Shown: one piece after another, positions 11,282 through 23,143 of the stretch
Layout: each line of letters starts with the position of its first letter
Position numbering within the stretch: the first letter of the stretch is position 1
Assembly: GCA_017654855.1 (NCBI GenBank)
Contig: CM030332.1
Coordinates: forward strand, 6,882,001 to 6,946,000
Direction: 5' to 3'
Source: Podospora anserina
Lineage: Eukaryota
DNA: 64,000 bases
The notes under the pieces: model-generated
Told to the model about the DNA's origin: nothing
The model's input: the letters and a program-made list of their open reading frames with translations, nothing else
Databases searched by the model: none
Position numbers and translations under genes: made by a program

Positions 11282-14200
11282 TCAATACAAGCTCTCGGTA
11301 TCCAAGCAAATTCTGATGCTCCCACTCCGATCCAACTCATTCAACTCATCGGCAAATTCCACCTTGGGCTTAGGAACCGGCTTCCTCGCATACCCCTTCA
11401 AACACCTAAACAAACTCCCCTTCGCCCTCCCCTCCTCAACAACAGCGCTAACATCAGCAATCATCTTCCCCGCCTCCTTCATCGCCTTCCCAGGCGTAAC
11501 CGTATCCGCCAACCTCAACTCCCCCGCCGCCCTCTCCATCTCCGCCCTCAACAGCCACTTCTCCCAACTCCAGCCCGCAACCAACCCCGTAACAGCAGCA
11601 ATATTGTCGCTCGACCCGCTCACCACCGCCTCCATCCGAAGAACCTCCCTCTCCTCCCCGCCCGCCTCATCCCGACCGACACTCACCACCGGCTTGGGCA
11701 GCTTCTTGGGTCCCACAGGCATAGCAACCCACGCCCTCCTCACATCCTCGAAACCGGCCTTGTCAAGCCTCGAGATGAAGTTCTTTGTCGGGCGGGCGTC
11801 ATATCCCAGAGTCTGCAGCGCGAACCCAAACTCGACCGCCTTGGCGTTGCCCAACTCTCCCGCGTTGATGATGTCGGCATCCAAGAGGTTGAACTCGATG
11901 TAGCCTCCTGGCTTGAGGACGCGCATGCACTCGGCCAGACAGGCGTCCCACTCGTCCACCCCGTTCTCGCCCGCCATCTTCAGCACAGCATGGAGCTCCC
12001 GAGCGGAGATGAGATCGAACTGGTTGTCCGCAAAGGGAAGCTTGGTCAACCTCTCCACCGCGACCTGCCTATGGTTGGGAGGGCCACGGATGTTGGAGTT
12101 GGACAGTTGACGGATGGCCTTGGTAGTGACAGTATAAATCTTGCAGTTGGGGAACTGGAGGGCAGCATGCCAGGCCCAGTCGCAGGCGCCCTGGCCGCCG
12201 AGATCAAGGATTCTAGCCCGGTCACGGGGGAGGCCATTGCTGCCTGTGCCAGGGGCAAAGGTGGACTGACGAGCGAGGCGCTTGCCGACGGGAGCAGAAA
12301 CAAGCCTGCCGCCGTTGAGCTGCTTGGTAGCGGCGACGTGCCAAGCGGACATGTGCATCTGGCTGAGGGCGTCAGCTTCCTTGTCGGCGCGGAGCTTCTC
12401 AGGGTCGTCAATGAGGTTGTCATCGCCGCGGACAACGTTGGTGCTCATGCGCTTCTTGGCGGACTGAGGAACGACGGAGAGCTGGTACTTTCCGAGGAGC
12501 TGGTTGCGGTGGGCATCTCTGAGGGAAATGCGCTGGGCCTGAAGAGCCTCGAAGCGGGGCTGACGGTGGACAAAGGCGTCGGTGTGGCAGGAGCGGACGG
12601 TGAAGTCGGTGAAGGCGCGGTAGTAAGCCGACTCCTGACGGAGGAGCTTGGGTGGGAGCTTCTTTGGGGGTTGAGGGAAGTTGTCCAGGGGAAGGGCGGA
12701 GAAGCGGACGGACTTGGACTTCTTCAAGGGCACCTCTTCGGTAGCCTCAACCTTGGGCTCCTCGACCTTGTCCTCGGCCTCGGACTCGTGCTCAGAAGCC
12801 TCAGATTCTTGCTCCTCGACCTCATCAGAGAAGCCGGCAACACCTTGAAGGTAGGCGCGCTGAGCCATGAGCCACATCTGGGTGCGGCCAGCGTGGGAGA
12901 CAACATTCTCCTCTTGCTTGGCGACATAGTCACGGTCAAGCTCGGCAATGATCTCAGTAACAACGATTGGTGAGCTGGGCTCGCCAACAGCGGTCTCGGA
13001 AGCAGTGGCCTCAGACTGTCTAGGAGTGGGTGGAATTCTAATAGCAGTAAGAGGAACTGGGGTAGGCTCAATGCGAATGGCTGTCGGGAGGTCCTCCTGG
13101 CCCTGGGTCTCGGGGAACTCAACAACACGCTCGATGATGGCTGATGGCAGGTTGTCGAGGTGCAGTGGCCTGGGTGGTGGGGGAGGAACTCTGTCGCGGC
13201 TCCATGGGATCTTGTAAAAATTCTCAGCGGTTGTAGAAGTAGGGGGTTGGCCCTCATCGGTTTCCTCGGTGTTCTTCTCAGCGTGCCATGTTTGCCGGCT
13301 GGCAGACGAGAGCTCAGAAAAGAAGCCACCTGGGGATGGGATCTCGAGCTTGCTGAGATCAGCAAGAGACAGACGGGCAGCTGATGGGGCCCGGTTCAAG
13401 TTGGTCATGATGCGGGGAGGCTGTCTGCGGGTTTGAGCCATCTCTTGTGGCACCTCAATAACCTGAGTGGGTTGCTCAGCAAACGCTGATTCGTCACCAG
13501 CGAGGGCCTGGAGAGTCTCGAGAGCACCAGGCTGGAGACGAACTCCAGACCACTCCTCATCGGCACCATACTCAGAACCAACCACGGGAGTGGGTGGTGC
13601 TGACATGGCGGCCATTTCCTCCGAGTTGATGCTGCCGTCGAGAGATGGTGGGGCTGAGACGCGGGGAGTGTCTTGTGTTTGCCTCAGTTCCATAAGTGAC
13701 ATGATAGCTGGTGACATGGCAACAGCGGATGGCGGTGTTGGTGGGATGGGCGACAAAACCTTCTTCGCGGCTTGCTGGGCTTCCTCTGGGATCACAAGAG
13801 GGGTCAATGACCGGCGAAACTCAAGGGAGGCCCTGGATGATCTCTTGAGGTTCCTTGAACTCCTTGAGCTCCGGGTGGAGCTCCGTTGCCGGCCGATACC
13901 GTTTGCCTGAAGACGCTGCTTTCGTCGGATCTCGTCATCGGACACATCGTACAGATCATCAAACTCGGTGACATCGGTCATGATACTCTCTCGGTTGTTG
14001 CTGTTGTGGTTCCACTGGAAGGATGGGTTTGATGATGAAGCTTCGGAGCTGACGTCGTCATTATCGAGCTCGGGCTCGCTCTCGTTGGTTGCCTGGGAGA
14101 GGACTGATGGTGTAGCTGGCAGGATCGGGGCGGCCAGAAAGTGCATTCCTCTTGGTGTGGGGAAGTGGTCGCTCATGGGGGAAAGCCACTGTTCAATCTT

Positions 14201-14359
14201 CTCAACCGAAGGCCCGTTCCTTCTCCTCCTCGAGGCGAACGAGTCTCTCGAGTGCTCTGGCTCCTCCATTATAGGATTAAGTGTCCGCGCCGGCCTCCGC
14301 CGACCCTGCGGGGAGGGTGGCCGGTACGCAACCTGGGGCAGCAAAACTTGGTCGGACAT
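11282..14359 (-). CDS. Protein with a long low-complexity N-terminus and a C-terminal class I SAM-dependent methyltransferase-like domain (~1025 aa)
   Basis: Uninterrupted ORF with first ATG at 14359. Motifs RILDLGGQG, LPFADNQFDLISAR and ECMRVLKPGGYIE are typical of Methyltransf_11-type folds. Confidence 0.85.
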   Translation of the reverse strand: MSDQVLLPQVAYRPPSPQGRRRPARTLNPIMEEPEHSRDSFASRRRRNGPSVEKIEQWLSPMSDHFPTPRGMHFLAAPILPATPSVLSQATNESEPELDNDDVSSEASSSNPSFQWNHNSNNRESIMTDVTEFDDLYDVSDDEIRRKQRLQANGIGRQRSSTRSSRSSRNLKRSSRASLEFRRSLTPLVIPEEAQQAAKKVLSPIPPTPPSAVAMSPAIMSLMELRQTQDTPRVSAPPSLDGSINSEEMAAMSAPPTPVVGSEYGADEEWSGVRLQPGALETLQALAGDESAFAEQPTQVIEVPQEMAQTRRQPPRIMTNLNRAPSAARLSLADLSKLEIPSPGGFFSELSSASRQTWHAEKNTEETDEGQPPTSTTAENFYKIPWSRDRVPPPPPRPLHLDNLPSAIIERVVEFPETQGQEDLPTAIRIEPTPVPLTAIRIPPTPRQSEATASETAVGEPSSPIVVTEIIAELDRDYVAKQEENVVSHAGRTQMWLMAQRAYLQGVAGFSDEVEEQESEASEHESEAEDKVEEPKVEATEEVPLKKSKSVRFSALPLDNFPQPPKKLPPKLLRQESAYYRAFTDFTVRSCHTDAFVHRQPRFEALQAQRISLRDAHRNQLLGKYQLSVVPQSAKKRMSTNVVRGDDNLIDDPEKLRADKEADALSQMHMSAWHVAATKQLNGGRLVSAPVGKRLARQSTFAPGTGSNGLPRDRARILDLGGQGACDWAWHAALQFPNCKIYTVTTKAIRQLSNSNIRGPPNHRQVAVERLTKLPFADNQFDLISARELHAVLKMAGENGVDEWDACLAECMRVLKPGGYIEFNLLDADIINAGELGNAKAVEFGFALQTLGYDARPTKNFISRLDKAGFEDVRRAWVAMPVGPKKLPKPVVSVGRDEAGGEEREVLRMEAVVSGSSDNIAAVTGLVAGWSWEKWLLRAEMERAAGELRLADTVTPGKAMKEAGKMIADVSAVVEEGRAKGSLFRCLKGYARKPVPKPKVEFADELNELDRSGSIRICLDTESLY

Positions 14360-16504
14360 TATGGTAACTGGTATTGTTGGTAGGATCCAATATTCCAAAA
14401 AGCGTGGCACAAACACGCAAAATAAACTCTGTCAGGTAAGCCGGAAGACGACCTGCGCCGGAAATGTAACACTAATTAAGAAAGATGGTGTGAAAGACAG
14501 GACCGGCTTCGGTCAACGAAGCACTATAATGTAAGTGCGCAAGAGGCGTAGAGAAGAGAATGGGGAAGACTCCAAATTGCCAACGGAGCCAGGTGACTGG
14601 AAAGCGAGATATTATAAGAAGCCCTCCACCAAAGAGACACCAACGACATGGGATCGAGATGCATACCCACCGAGGCGGCTAACGGCAAGATTCGATGGCT
14701 TCCTTCCCGCCACGTTGATGGGACTGACAGATCGAGTCATCGACATGGTGTGACCGCGGTCAGAGAAGCGCAGATGGCACGCTGAACCGGCATCTCTGAC
14801 GGCTTCTTGCTGCCGTCTGGCGGGTGTCTCTCGACATTGGCACACTAGTATGCGTCCGGCAGCATCACCAGTGCAATATCGACGGCGGCAGCGAATCAGC
14901 GGACGTATGGTCACAGGAACAGGTCGACGACGAATCGATAAATGCTATGCGAAGACAAGGCGCGCGCCAATGAGGTCCTGATGGTGGCAGTTCCAGGAAC
15001 TGAGTGCAGCTGGTGTAGCCAATAAGAGCGAGAGGTGCAACGCCAGATGTAAGGCGGGCGCTTACAACGGCGCCTGTCCTCCCTCAATTGGTCCCGACAG
15101 ACTCTTCCCCCAAGATGAACCACCCACCTTTTTCGTCATCCCCACAAAAACCATTCACCACAATACCTTTACCCATGTCGACGAAGCTGCACGCAATGGG
15201 CCTTCGCATGATGCTTCGTGGCGGCGTGAAACGGCAAAGACCAACAGTCGTGACCAGGAAACACCACATCCAAGAAACATTTCGTTGAGAGCGCCACTCG
15301 GCCGACCTGTCGATCTCCCTCGACATAACGTGATAACCCATGGCCCTCCTCTCCGGTCCGCTGGCGCAGCCGCCCATCTGGTATGCTTGTTGCCGGCCTC
15401 TGGTGCTTCTTCAAGGTTGGTAGCACTTGCATATAACCCATCCCGCCAGCCCAACTCAGCTCTGATCACTATCACCATCACTTTCGCTCCAGCTCAGCCA
15501 AGCTATCACTACTAGATGCACAATAGCTGTGTGAATGCGGCAATGTAATGCCAACAGTGCCGTGAGCGCCAAGATAGAGAGTGACAGGAAACACCAGATC
15601 TTCTGTTCCTGGCTGTCTTACCACACCTCTCCATCTCGACGGAACTTTGGGTGTGTGTTTCCTGTCGGCTGATTGCTTGCATTTCTTCGCAATTGTGAAG
15701 ATTGCCCAACTGCCAACTCGGCAGATGTGCTGCTACCCCATCCCATATATGCAGCTTATGACCGAAAACCGGAAGCTTCCATATGTGTTGTCAATGATAA
15801 GAAAAGGTGAGAATAAGAATAGATACAGCCAGAGAGCCAACCTTGAGAGAACACTTGCGCTCTCACAGACCTGGTGTTCAGATGTTCGGCTGGTGGTACG
15901 AAATAGTGGTGAGCGGTGACAGAAATCGTGATGAGTGACGAGTGCCGAGCAGTGGTGATCGAGCGCGACGCTGGTGACATGAGATGAACGAGTGATGCTG
16001 ACTGCAGAGCTTCGAGTTCATCCAAGGTAGGTGATAGTCGATCCGTGATAATCTCCCTAATCGCTAGCCGGTGTGCCGAGACTCGTGATCATGTCGGAAA
16101 GTCAATCAGACATGGAAGGAGCTTCGAAGGCGTACCGAAAAGGGATTGAAGATTGCACAAGAGCACACTGTCGAGATGGAAGCGCCGGCTTGCCGCCATC
16201 ACTTCGACGAGGCTTGGAGTTCGAGCCGCTGAAAGATAATGCGGGGCTCACATGCAAAACTGTAAAAGATGATTGGTTGAATTCTGCCACAGATCAACTG
16301 CCAGAGAGCTCTGTCTCCGCCTTCCCCTTCCAGCTTCGTTGCTTTTGTTCCTGTCGCAGTGCCACCCCGCCATCAAAGTCAGCCCCGCAGTCCAATTCCT
16401 AGGAGGGGCAGTCCATTCAGGCGAACATCCAACGATAACAACCTCGCGATTATCATATCAAACCCAACTTCGATTTCTGTACCGGTCAGAACTCCCGAAC
16501 TGTA

Positions 16505-17428
16505 ATGGCCGAGACCTCTGCTGCCAGCCGGCATGTGACCTACTGTGGTGGTAGGGAACCCCGTTTCTTAGCAATTCTGCCCCTCCATCCTGGAGCTGTC
16601 CCTCACAGTGACATCACCTGTTTGTGGCTGTCGCGATGCTCACCACCTCCCCTATTTACCCCTTTTCTCCCGCCGTCGCGAACATAAGCCATAAGACAAC
16701 CATAGCTAACCTATACTCTCCAGTGTGCACACTACCACCCGAGGTACGAACTGCCTCCCGCTACCCTTCCCCTCCTCCTGCGCATGCCCATCTCTTCCAA
16801 CACGCAACCCATCACGCGACATCCCTTAAACCCAAACTAACACCCCGTCTCTTAGTACTGCGAATACGGCGGAACAACCGCCAAATGTCAGAAATGGCTC
16901 GAAAAGTCCCATCCGGACCTCTACTCCAAGATCTGGTCCCCCGAAGCCCTCTCCGCAGCAACCGCCTCCCTCTCCCTTGAAGCCCAGGAACGCGCCGCCA
17001 AAGACGCCAAAAAGAAGGCCGCGAAAGCCGAGGCCGCCGAACAGAAGCAGGCCGAAAAGCTCTCCAACAGCGTCGTCACCATCAAGCGGATCGAGCGCAA
17101 CAAGCGCAAGTATGTCACCTCTGTCTCTGGGCTGGAGGCTTTTGGGTTGGACTTGAAAAAGGTAATCTTATTACCCCCCCATGATATACGTTTGAAAGCA
17201 GGGGGATGTTGACAGTGACAAAAAAAATAGGTGTCCAAGGACTTTGGTAAGAAATTCGCGACCGGCTCGTCCGTCACCAAAACCCCCTCGGGCGGTGAGG
17301 AAATCGTAGTCCAGGGCGATGTCAGTGATGAAATTGAGGAGTTCATCCTCGAAAAGTACAAGGATGTGCCCGAGGATAACATTGAGCTGGTAGAAGATAA
17401 GAAGAAGAAGGGGGCTGCTGCTGGTTAA
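16505..17428 (+). CDS. TMA22: Translation machinery-associated protein 22 / DENR (SUI1 domain), 189 aa; exons 16505-16550, 16724-16743, 16856-17161, 17231-17428
   Basis: The spliced sequence gives YCGVCTLPPEYCEY, IKRIERNKRKYVT and KKFATGSSVTK...IVVQGDVSDEI. Three canonical introns; 570 nt in total. Confidence 0.95.
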
Positions 17429-17812
17429 ACAAGGATAAACATAGAGAGCGTGTTGGGTTCAGTTTCGTAGATAAATCTGGAAAGGATGTTTCTTTTGTGC
17501 TTCAAAGAGCCAAATAGTTGTTGGTGCTATAAAAAATAACAAAGACATGCTAGAATGAACCCCTTCTACCGGGTGGAAAAAACTGGATATATATAAAAAA
17601 AAACACCACACAAACCCGCCCCTTGATTGCTATATCCTATGGCTCCTTATCCCATATCGAACTGTACTATCCTGTACCGAACGGCCAGCCTAAAACAAAA
17701 CGCCACGTGCAATGATAATGCCCACCAACCACCCGATTCTCCCAAAGCCCTCAAATAATACCAAATACTAACACAACGTCATCAGAACAGAACACGCCCC
17801 TTGATATCTCCC

Positions 17813-19065
17813 CTACACCTGCGCCCTCTTCCTCAACACCCGTCCCGCTGCACTCCCCGTCGTCCCAACCTTCCCTCCCGCCGCCGCAGCGGCAACGACC
17901 TTCTTCCCCGCGCTCGCCCCAACAGTCGCCGCCTTCTTCCCCCCTCCCACCCCAGAAACACCACTCTTGCTCTTCGCGTGCCCACTTCCCCCAGCCATCG
18001 CCTTCGTGATCGGGGGCCTCTCCCCCGGCGCCGTCGCCGGCCGCTTCTTAATCACCGTTCCCGTGCTCGCCTCGCTAGACTCCGAAGTGCCACTAACCCT
18101 TCGTTGTTGCTGCCCAGTCCGGTTGGCACCGATTGTTCTTACCGCTTGCGGGGTAGGCGCAGCAGCTGTCAAGGCGCGTTTTCTCTTCACTGCGGAGGAA
18201 GAGGCTGTGGTGGAGGTGGATGATGAAAAGTTCATTTTTCTGACCGAAGCCGATGTTCCAGGGCGGGAGACCGACGGCGGGGGACGGGAGATGGTATTGT
18301 GTAAAGAGTGGGAGGTTGACGTGGTGCCTTTGGTCGGGGAGACATTTCCCGTTGGGCGGGCGATTCCCGAGCGGATGGTGTTGCCTGGTGTAGTCGTGGG
18401 GTTGCATCTACCGACCGTCCGGGTGTTTGAGGAGGTGGGGGAGAGGACGTTGTTGTTGTTTTGGCTTCGTGGTGGAGGAGGTTGCGCCTGGGATGACGAT
18501 GGCGGCGGCAATTGCTCGGCTCTGGGACGCTTCTTCGGGTTAGCGAGCGCGTCGTTTTCGTTTTCCTTGTCGCCGCCGGTCATCTCGTGGCTGCGGCGCT
18601 TGGGCGGGGCACCTGCTGCTGCGGATGGGTAGGTCACGCCTCCTGCTCGGGGAGGGTAGACCTTGGAAGGGTTGGAGTCCTTTTCTGGTACGGGGGGTCC
18701 TTTGAGGTAGCCGGCTACGGGGGGTCGTTGTTGGTTGGAGTACTTGTCAAGCAAGTCGCCCATCTTCATTTTTCGGAGGGACATTGGGATGCGGTTGACG
18801 CGTATTTCAATTCGTGTCCGAAGACTTTGCGCGTGGATGCTGTAGTTTGTTCGGAGTTTGCGGGCTCGTTCGGTAACTGAGGGGGGTGTTAATTATGTTT
18901 GTCGCGTCAAGTAACAGTGGGATACATACTCTCGAGTTGAAGGTTCTCCATGAGAGCCTGCTTCTGCGTGGCTGTGACACCTCTTTTCCTCATCTTGATC
19001 GGACTCCTTTGACCGTCTAGGGCCGTTTCTGTCGGCACCATGGCCATTTCGTTGTCGCTCGACAT
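17813..19065 (-). CDS. Borealin/Nbl1 N-terminal domain protein (chromosomal passenger complex subunit-like), 399 aa; exons 19065-18930, 18876-17813
   Basis: The spliced N-terminus QKQALMENLQLEITERARKLR...LRTRIEIRVNRIPMSLRKMKMGDLL fits the Nbl1_Borealin_N pattern, followed by a basic low-complexity tail. Confidence 0.85.
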
Positions 19066-19502
19066 TGGTTCTGTGATTTTATCGGAGTGGAAGAAATTAC
19101 GGCGCAATAGGTTGATGAACGCGGTTGTATGGGATAGATCAAGTATTTCGTCCGTAGAATATTTGAATTGTAGAAGTCCTGTGCCAAATTCTGGTCAAAA
19201 CAAGATTCGTAAGGGGCGAGTTGAGTGAACAGTCGAAATGTGGGAAGGGCTACCCGCGATCTTTGACGTGAGTGGCCCGCGTTTGCAAAGTAAACAAATG
19301 CCAGAGCTCGGTGTTCGGGGGCGCACGGTTGCCTGTGGGGCTTGAATTTTGGTGGGGTCAGCCAGGCGCAAACCCCAGGTGGTACCGCTACCTGCTGATA
19401 GCGGCACAGTGTGAGGCCTTATCGGTGACGCTACCTTGAGGCTTTGGACCAGGGTTGGGTGTCGGCGCGACGGTCTCCAGGCTGAACCGCCTTACGCAGG
19501 CG

Positions 19503-19508
19503 GGAGCT
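19503..19508 (+). promoter_or_regulatory. Candidate GGAGCT proteasome-gene element upstream of RPN10
   Basis: GGAGCT lies ~170 nt upstream of the RPN10 ATG. I recall this hexamer being enriched upstream of proteasome genes in Neurospora-like fungi, but a single 6-mer can occur by chance. Confidence 0.35.
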
Positions 19509-19674
19509 CTGTTACCTCAGCACATTGACTTCCAGTTGCTTTTCGAAGCTTCAACTTCAAAGCACCCGACAATTCCACAGCCCATCTCCCTTTGTCAGTG
19601 TTTTACTGATAAACTACGGCCAATCCAATTTTGCTTCTCCTTATTCAGACAACACCCCAACCCAACTGCCCAAC

Positions 19675-20602
19675 ATGGTGCTCGAGGCGGTCATGATCGT
19701 GGTGGACAACAGCGAGAGCAGCAGGAACGGCGACTACACACCAACCCGGTTCGAGGCGCAATGCGATGCCATTAACATCCTCTTCCAGAGCGTCATCCAG
19801 GGCAACCCCGAGTCGTCGGTCGGTCTTATGAGCATGGGCGGCAAGGGCCCTGAGGTTCTGGCGACTCTTACGGTAGATCAAGGCAAGATCCTCGAAGGCT
19901 TGCATCGGACGAAAAAGAACATCCGTGGATCCGCTCATCTTGCGACTGGTATTCAAGTAGCACATGTGAGTTGCTGCGCAGTGAGGATCAACTTCTCATA
20001 ATACTGACCGATGGTGTCTTCTGTAGCTCGCCCTCAAGCACCGACAAAACAAATCCCAGCGGGCGCGCATCGTCGTGTTTGTCTGCTCCCCCATCGAAGA
20101 CATCGAGAGCGACCTGGTCAAGCTCGCCAAGAAGATGAAGAAGGCCAACACGAGTGTCGACTTTGTGCTGTTTGGCGATATAGATGAGGAGAATCACAAG
20201 AAGCTCACGGCGTTCAACGAAATAGTCAAGGGCAGTGGCCAGGGCTCGCATCTGGAGGTTATTCCCCCCAGTTCCAAGCTGCTCAGCGATCAGCTTCTCG
20301 CCACACCCATTTTGCTTGGAGAGAATGCCGGTCAAGGCGGTGCCGGCGGTGGTGGCAGTGCTGCCGAGGAATTCGAGTTCGGCGTCGACCCGTCCGCTGA
20401 CCCAGAGTTGGCGCTGGCTCTGCGTATGAGTATGGAAGAGGAAAAGGCCCGGCAGGAGAGGGCAGCTCGTGCCGAGGCGGAGGCTGCTGGTCAGAACACG
20501 TTGGAGACTGTCAAGGAAGAGAACGAGTCAACACCTCTGCTGGGCAAAGACGGAGAGCCTAGTGGCAACAAGAAGGATGATGATAAGATGGACACCTCTT
20601 AG
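19675..20602 (+). CDS. RPN10: 26S proteasome regulatory subunit Rpn10 (vWA + UIM), 288 aa; intron 19966-20026
   Basis: MVLEAVMIVVDNSESSRNGDYTPTRF at the start, LALKHRQNKSQR across the junction, and UIM DPELALALRMSMEEE. Confidence 0.97.
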
Positions 20603-20863
20603 TAACAGGGCACCAATGGCTTCGAATCGCGCTCAGAATGTGTGATGGCACACGATATCAACTCTTCCCAAAGAATCAGCGGTTATGCCCCCAGCGGAAG
20701 GGCTTCTTCTTGTAAAATAGATCTGTTTTGTCATTAAACGGCGGAGTAATTCCCCTAATCGCACTGTGGATCTCATAATGTTTCCCATGAACGCCTGATA
20801 ACTCCTCATGCTTGAATCCGACACTTGACAGACCAACACCAGCCCCTGACCAGCAGACACTGT

Positions 20864-21453
20864 CTACCTGTTGTTGATCTCCCTAATATACGACAACAAC
20901 TTCCTGTCAAACATGTCGCAGCGCACCGGCATTTCCAACTGGTAGAATGGGTTCTTCATGACATAGTCTGTGTACATCTCGTAGACCCGCCGCATGGTCA
21001 AGTCGACGTTTGTTTGTGTTGTGTCGGTGAAGAGGAGGAACTTGATGCCTGTCAGAGTAGTGAAGCATTGCAGCCGAAAGTTTTCTGACTCTAGGACTTC
21101 CAATCCGGATGGTGGTTCCGGCCGGGTCATGGTGCCAGCTGATGAGGCCGAGTTGCGGTTCGCTCCTGGGGTGGGGATGGGGCTGAGGCGGGCTGTAATG
21201 GCGTGGACACTTGAAGTGATGGGTGTCAGTAAGGACAAAGTGAGGAGTGGCGGCCTCATACCCATGGAAAGTCCCAGCGAGGACGAGATAGTCGTTGGTG
21301 CTGATTTTGTTTAGGCCCCCTTCGTGGAAGGTTCGGTTGTAAATGAGACCGCCGGCCTTGTTGATGATGATGAGTGCGAAGACGGTCCTGGGGAATGTAA
21401 TGTTAGTATGGCGACAGTAGTGAATAGGGGGGTGGGTTATGAGAGACACACAT
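20864..21453 (-). CDS. TRS23: TRAPP complex subunit Trs23 (sybindin family), 157 aa; exons 21453-21452, 21387-21262, 21209-20864
   Basis: IINKAGGLIYNR, STNDYLVLAGTFHGVHAI, CFTTLTGIKFLL and YTDYVMKNPFYQLEMPVRCDMFD. Both introns have GT..AG ends and CTAAC/CTGAC branch sites. Confidence 0.93.
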
Positions 21454-23143
21454 GGCGGCAGGCTCATTTCAGTACTACGGAAAGCATGAAATTAAAGGGC
21501 TACAGAGAGTCTGTGTATTTGTAGCTAAGTTTGTAGCTCTGTAAAAGTGGTGCTGATGAAATGTGATTGTTTTTTGCTGTGTTGAGGTGACCGTTCTGCT
21601 TGACAATGTTTGATGAAGTGAGTGGTGAATGATGAGCTGTGAGCTCCTGTTGCGGTTGGTAGCCGCAGCCAAGCATTGTGGGGCTTGTGATTGGAGATGG
21701 GTTAGGGTTGAACAGGCCGTTCTGCCGTTTCACTACCATATGTTCCATGGTTCACTTACAGAGTGCTCAAGACTGCTCCTAATTGTATCCAAGGTAAGTT
21801 ATCTTACCTGACATCACATTCTGTGCGCGGCATATGTTTACGATATATGCCCTCAGTAAACTGCTGTGACATGAAAAGAAGAACTCAGGTACCTCACATT
21901 TCGGGGGATAGGACGGCAACCCATCTCCAACCTACAGGGAGGTAAAAGGTATGACTTGACATGTACTGGTAACACTCCAAGTATAATTGCCAGTTGTTAA
22001 GTCAACCATTGTGGGGAGGCGTAGTTGAGGTGGCTACAAACTAGTACTTCTCTTAGTGGTGCCAGTTGCCTGCCAGAGCATGCTTATGACCCTCATTTTC
22101 CACGGTCATATCATATCAGAAATTCACATGCCATGTGTCACTTGCATCTGCGAACAAGACCAAACCCGGGCTTCGGATTCTCATCCCCCGCCTGAACGGA
22201 CTTGATAGAAAGCCGAAAACACACTGAAACATGCGAGACGAGACCCGCCGGAATGCTCCCGTATCAAGCCACTTACACCATCAATCCATATTCCCGGGCA
22301 AAGAAGCAGATATCGAACTTTGAACTACCGGCCGAAGATCTGGGCATGCAGGTTCAACAATCTCAAGCATTCTTCCCAGCTGCACCCCACCACCACAATA
22401 CGACTTGCAGAGGGACCTCAGTGGGAGACTTCAGCCAGGGAAGCCAGCAAAGATCCCGGCTCGGCAAATGGCAAGCCACACTGAAATCTCAGGGCACTTG
22501 CCCGTCAGGCTTCCGCCCAATCCTAACATGGATCATGGCGGGCGGTGGGTATCGCGGAACATCTCCACCGTGCTTCTGGAGGCTTGTCGCCTTGTCTTGT
22601 GGCCACATGGAAGTTCGAAAACCAGAGTAACGTAGCCCTGGGTTTCTGCAACGACGAGATATTTAAGCAACGGCTGCACGGGCGACTCTGCGAAAATGCT
22701 GGCCACTTAGGGGAGGGATTGGCGTTTTTAATGCTGGTGCTACCGCCGCCGCAGAAACCCGAAGTAGTTCATGCCAGTTTGTTTCCTCTGAACCTGAACC
22801 ACAACATCGTGTCAGCACACAACTGGCCGTCCACCGTCCACCGTCCACCCTCTCGAGAACAACAACTCTCCACTCGCTGCCGTTGACACACTCGCTTTTT
22901 TCTCTGCCTGCCCCGCCATCACTTGCCCTCGCCCACCCGTCAGCAGCCGACAAGGCAACATCCAAACCAGCACTCGTGCACTTGTGCGAGGGCCGCCGTT
23001 TCAGCAGAGTCTCTTCTTGCATCGCTACAGCCTATCCGCATTGCTGGGCAAGGCCGAGTCAGCCCCCTATTCTCCGTTAACAATATTCCCGAACCTGTAT
23101 GCGCTCGTCGTAACGGCCCCCGCGCCGCCCACAACCCCTGGCC

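Noticed and set aside
11276..12973. 565-aa plus-strand ORF
   Set aside because: Antisense shadow of the methyltransferase-like gene, explained by codon bias; no protein motifs of its own.
21699..21709. Telomeric repeat as a telomerase RNA template or telomere relic
   Set aside because: Fewer than two repeat units, and it sits just upstream of TRS23 in a short intergenic region with no other telomerase RNA features visible.
21800..21811. CTTACCTG as a U1 snRNA 5' end
   Set aside because: The downstream sequence does not resemble U1; the motif is one arm of a local dyad.
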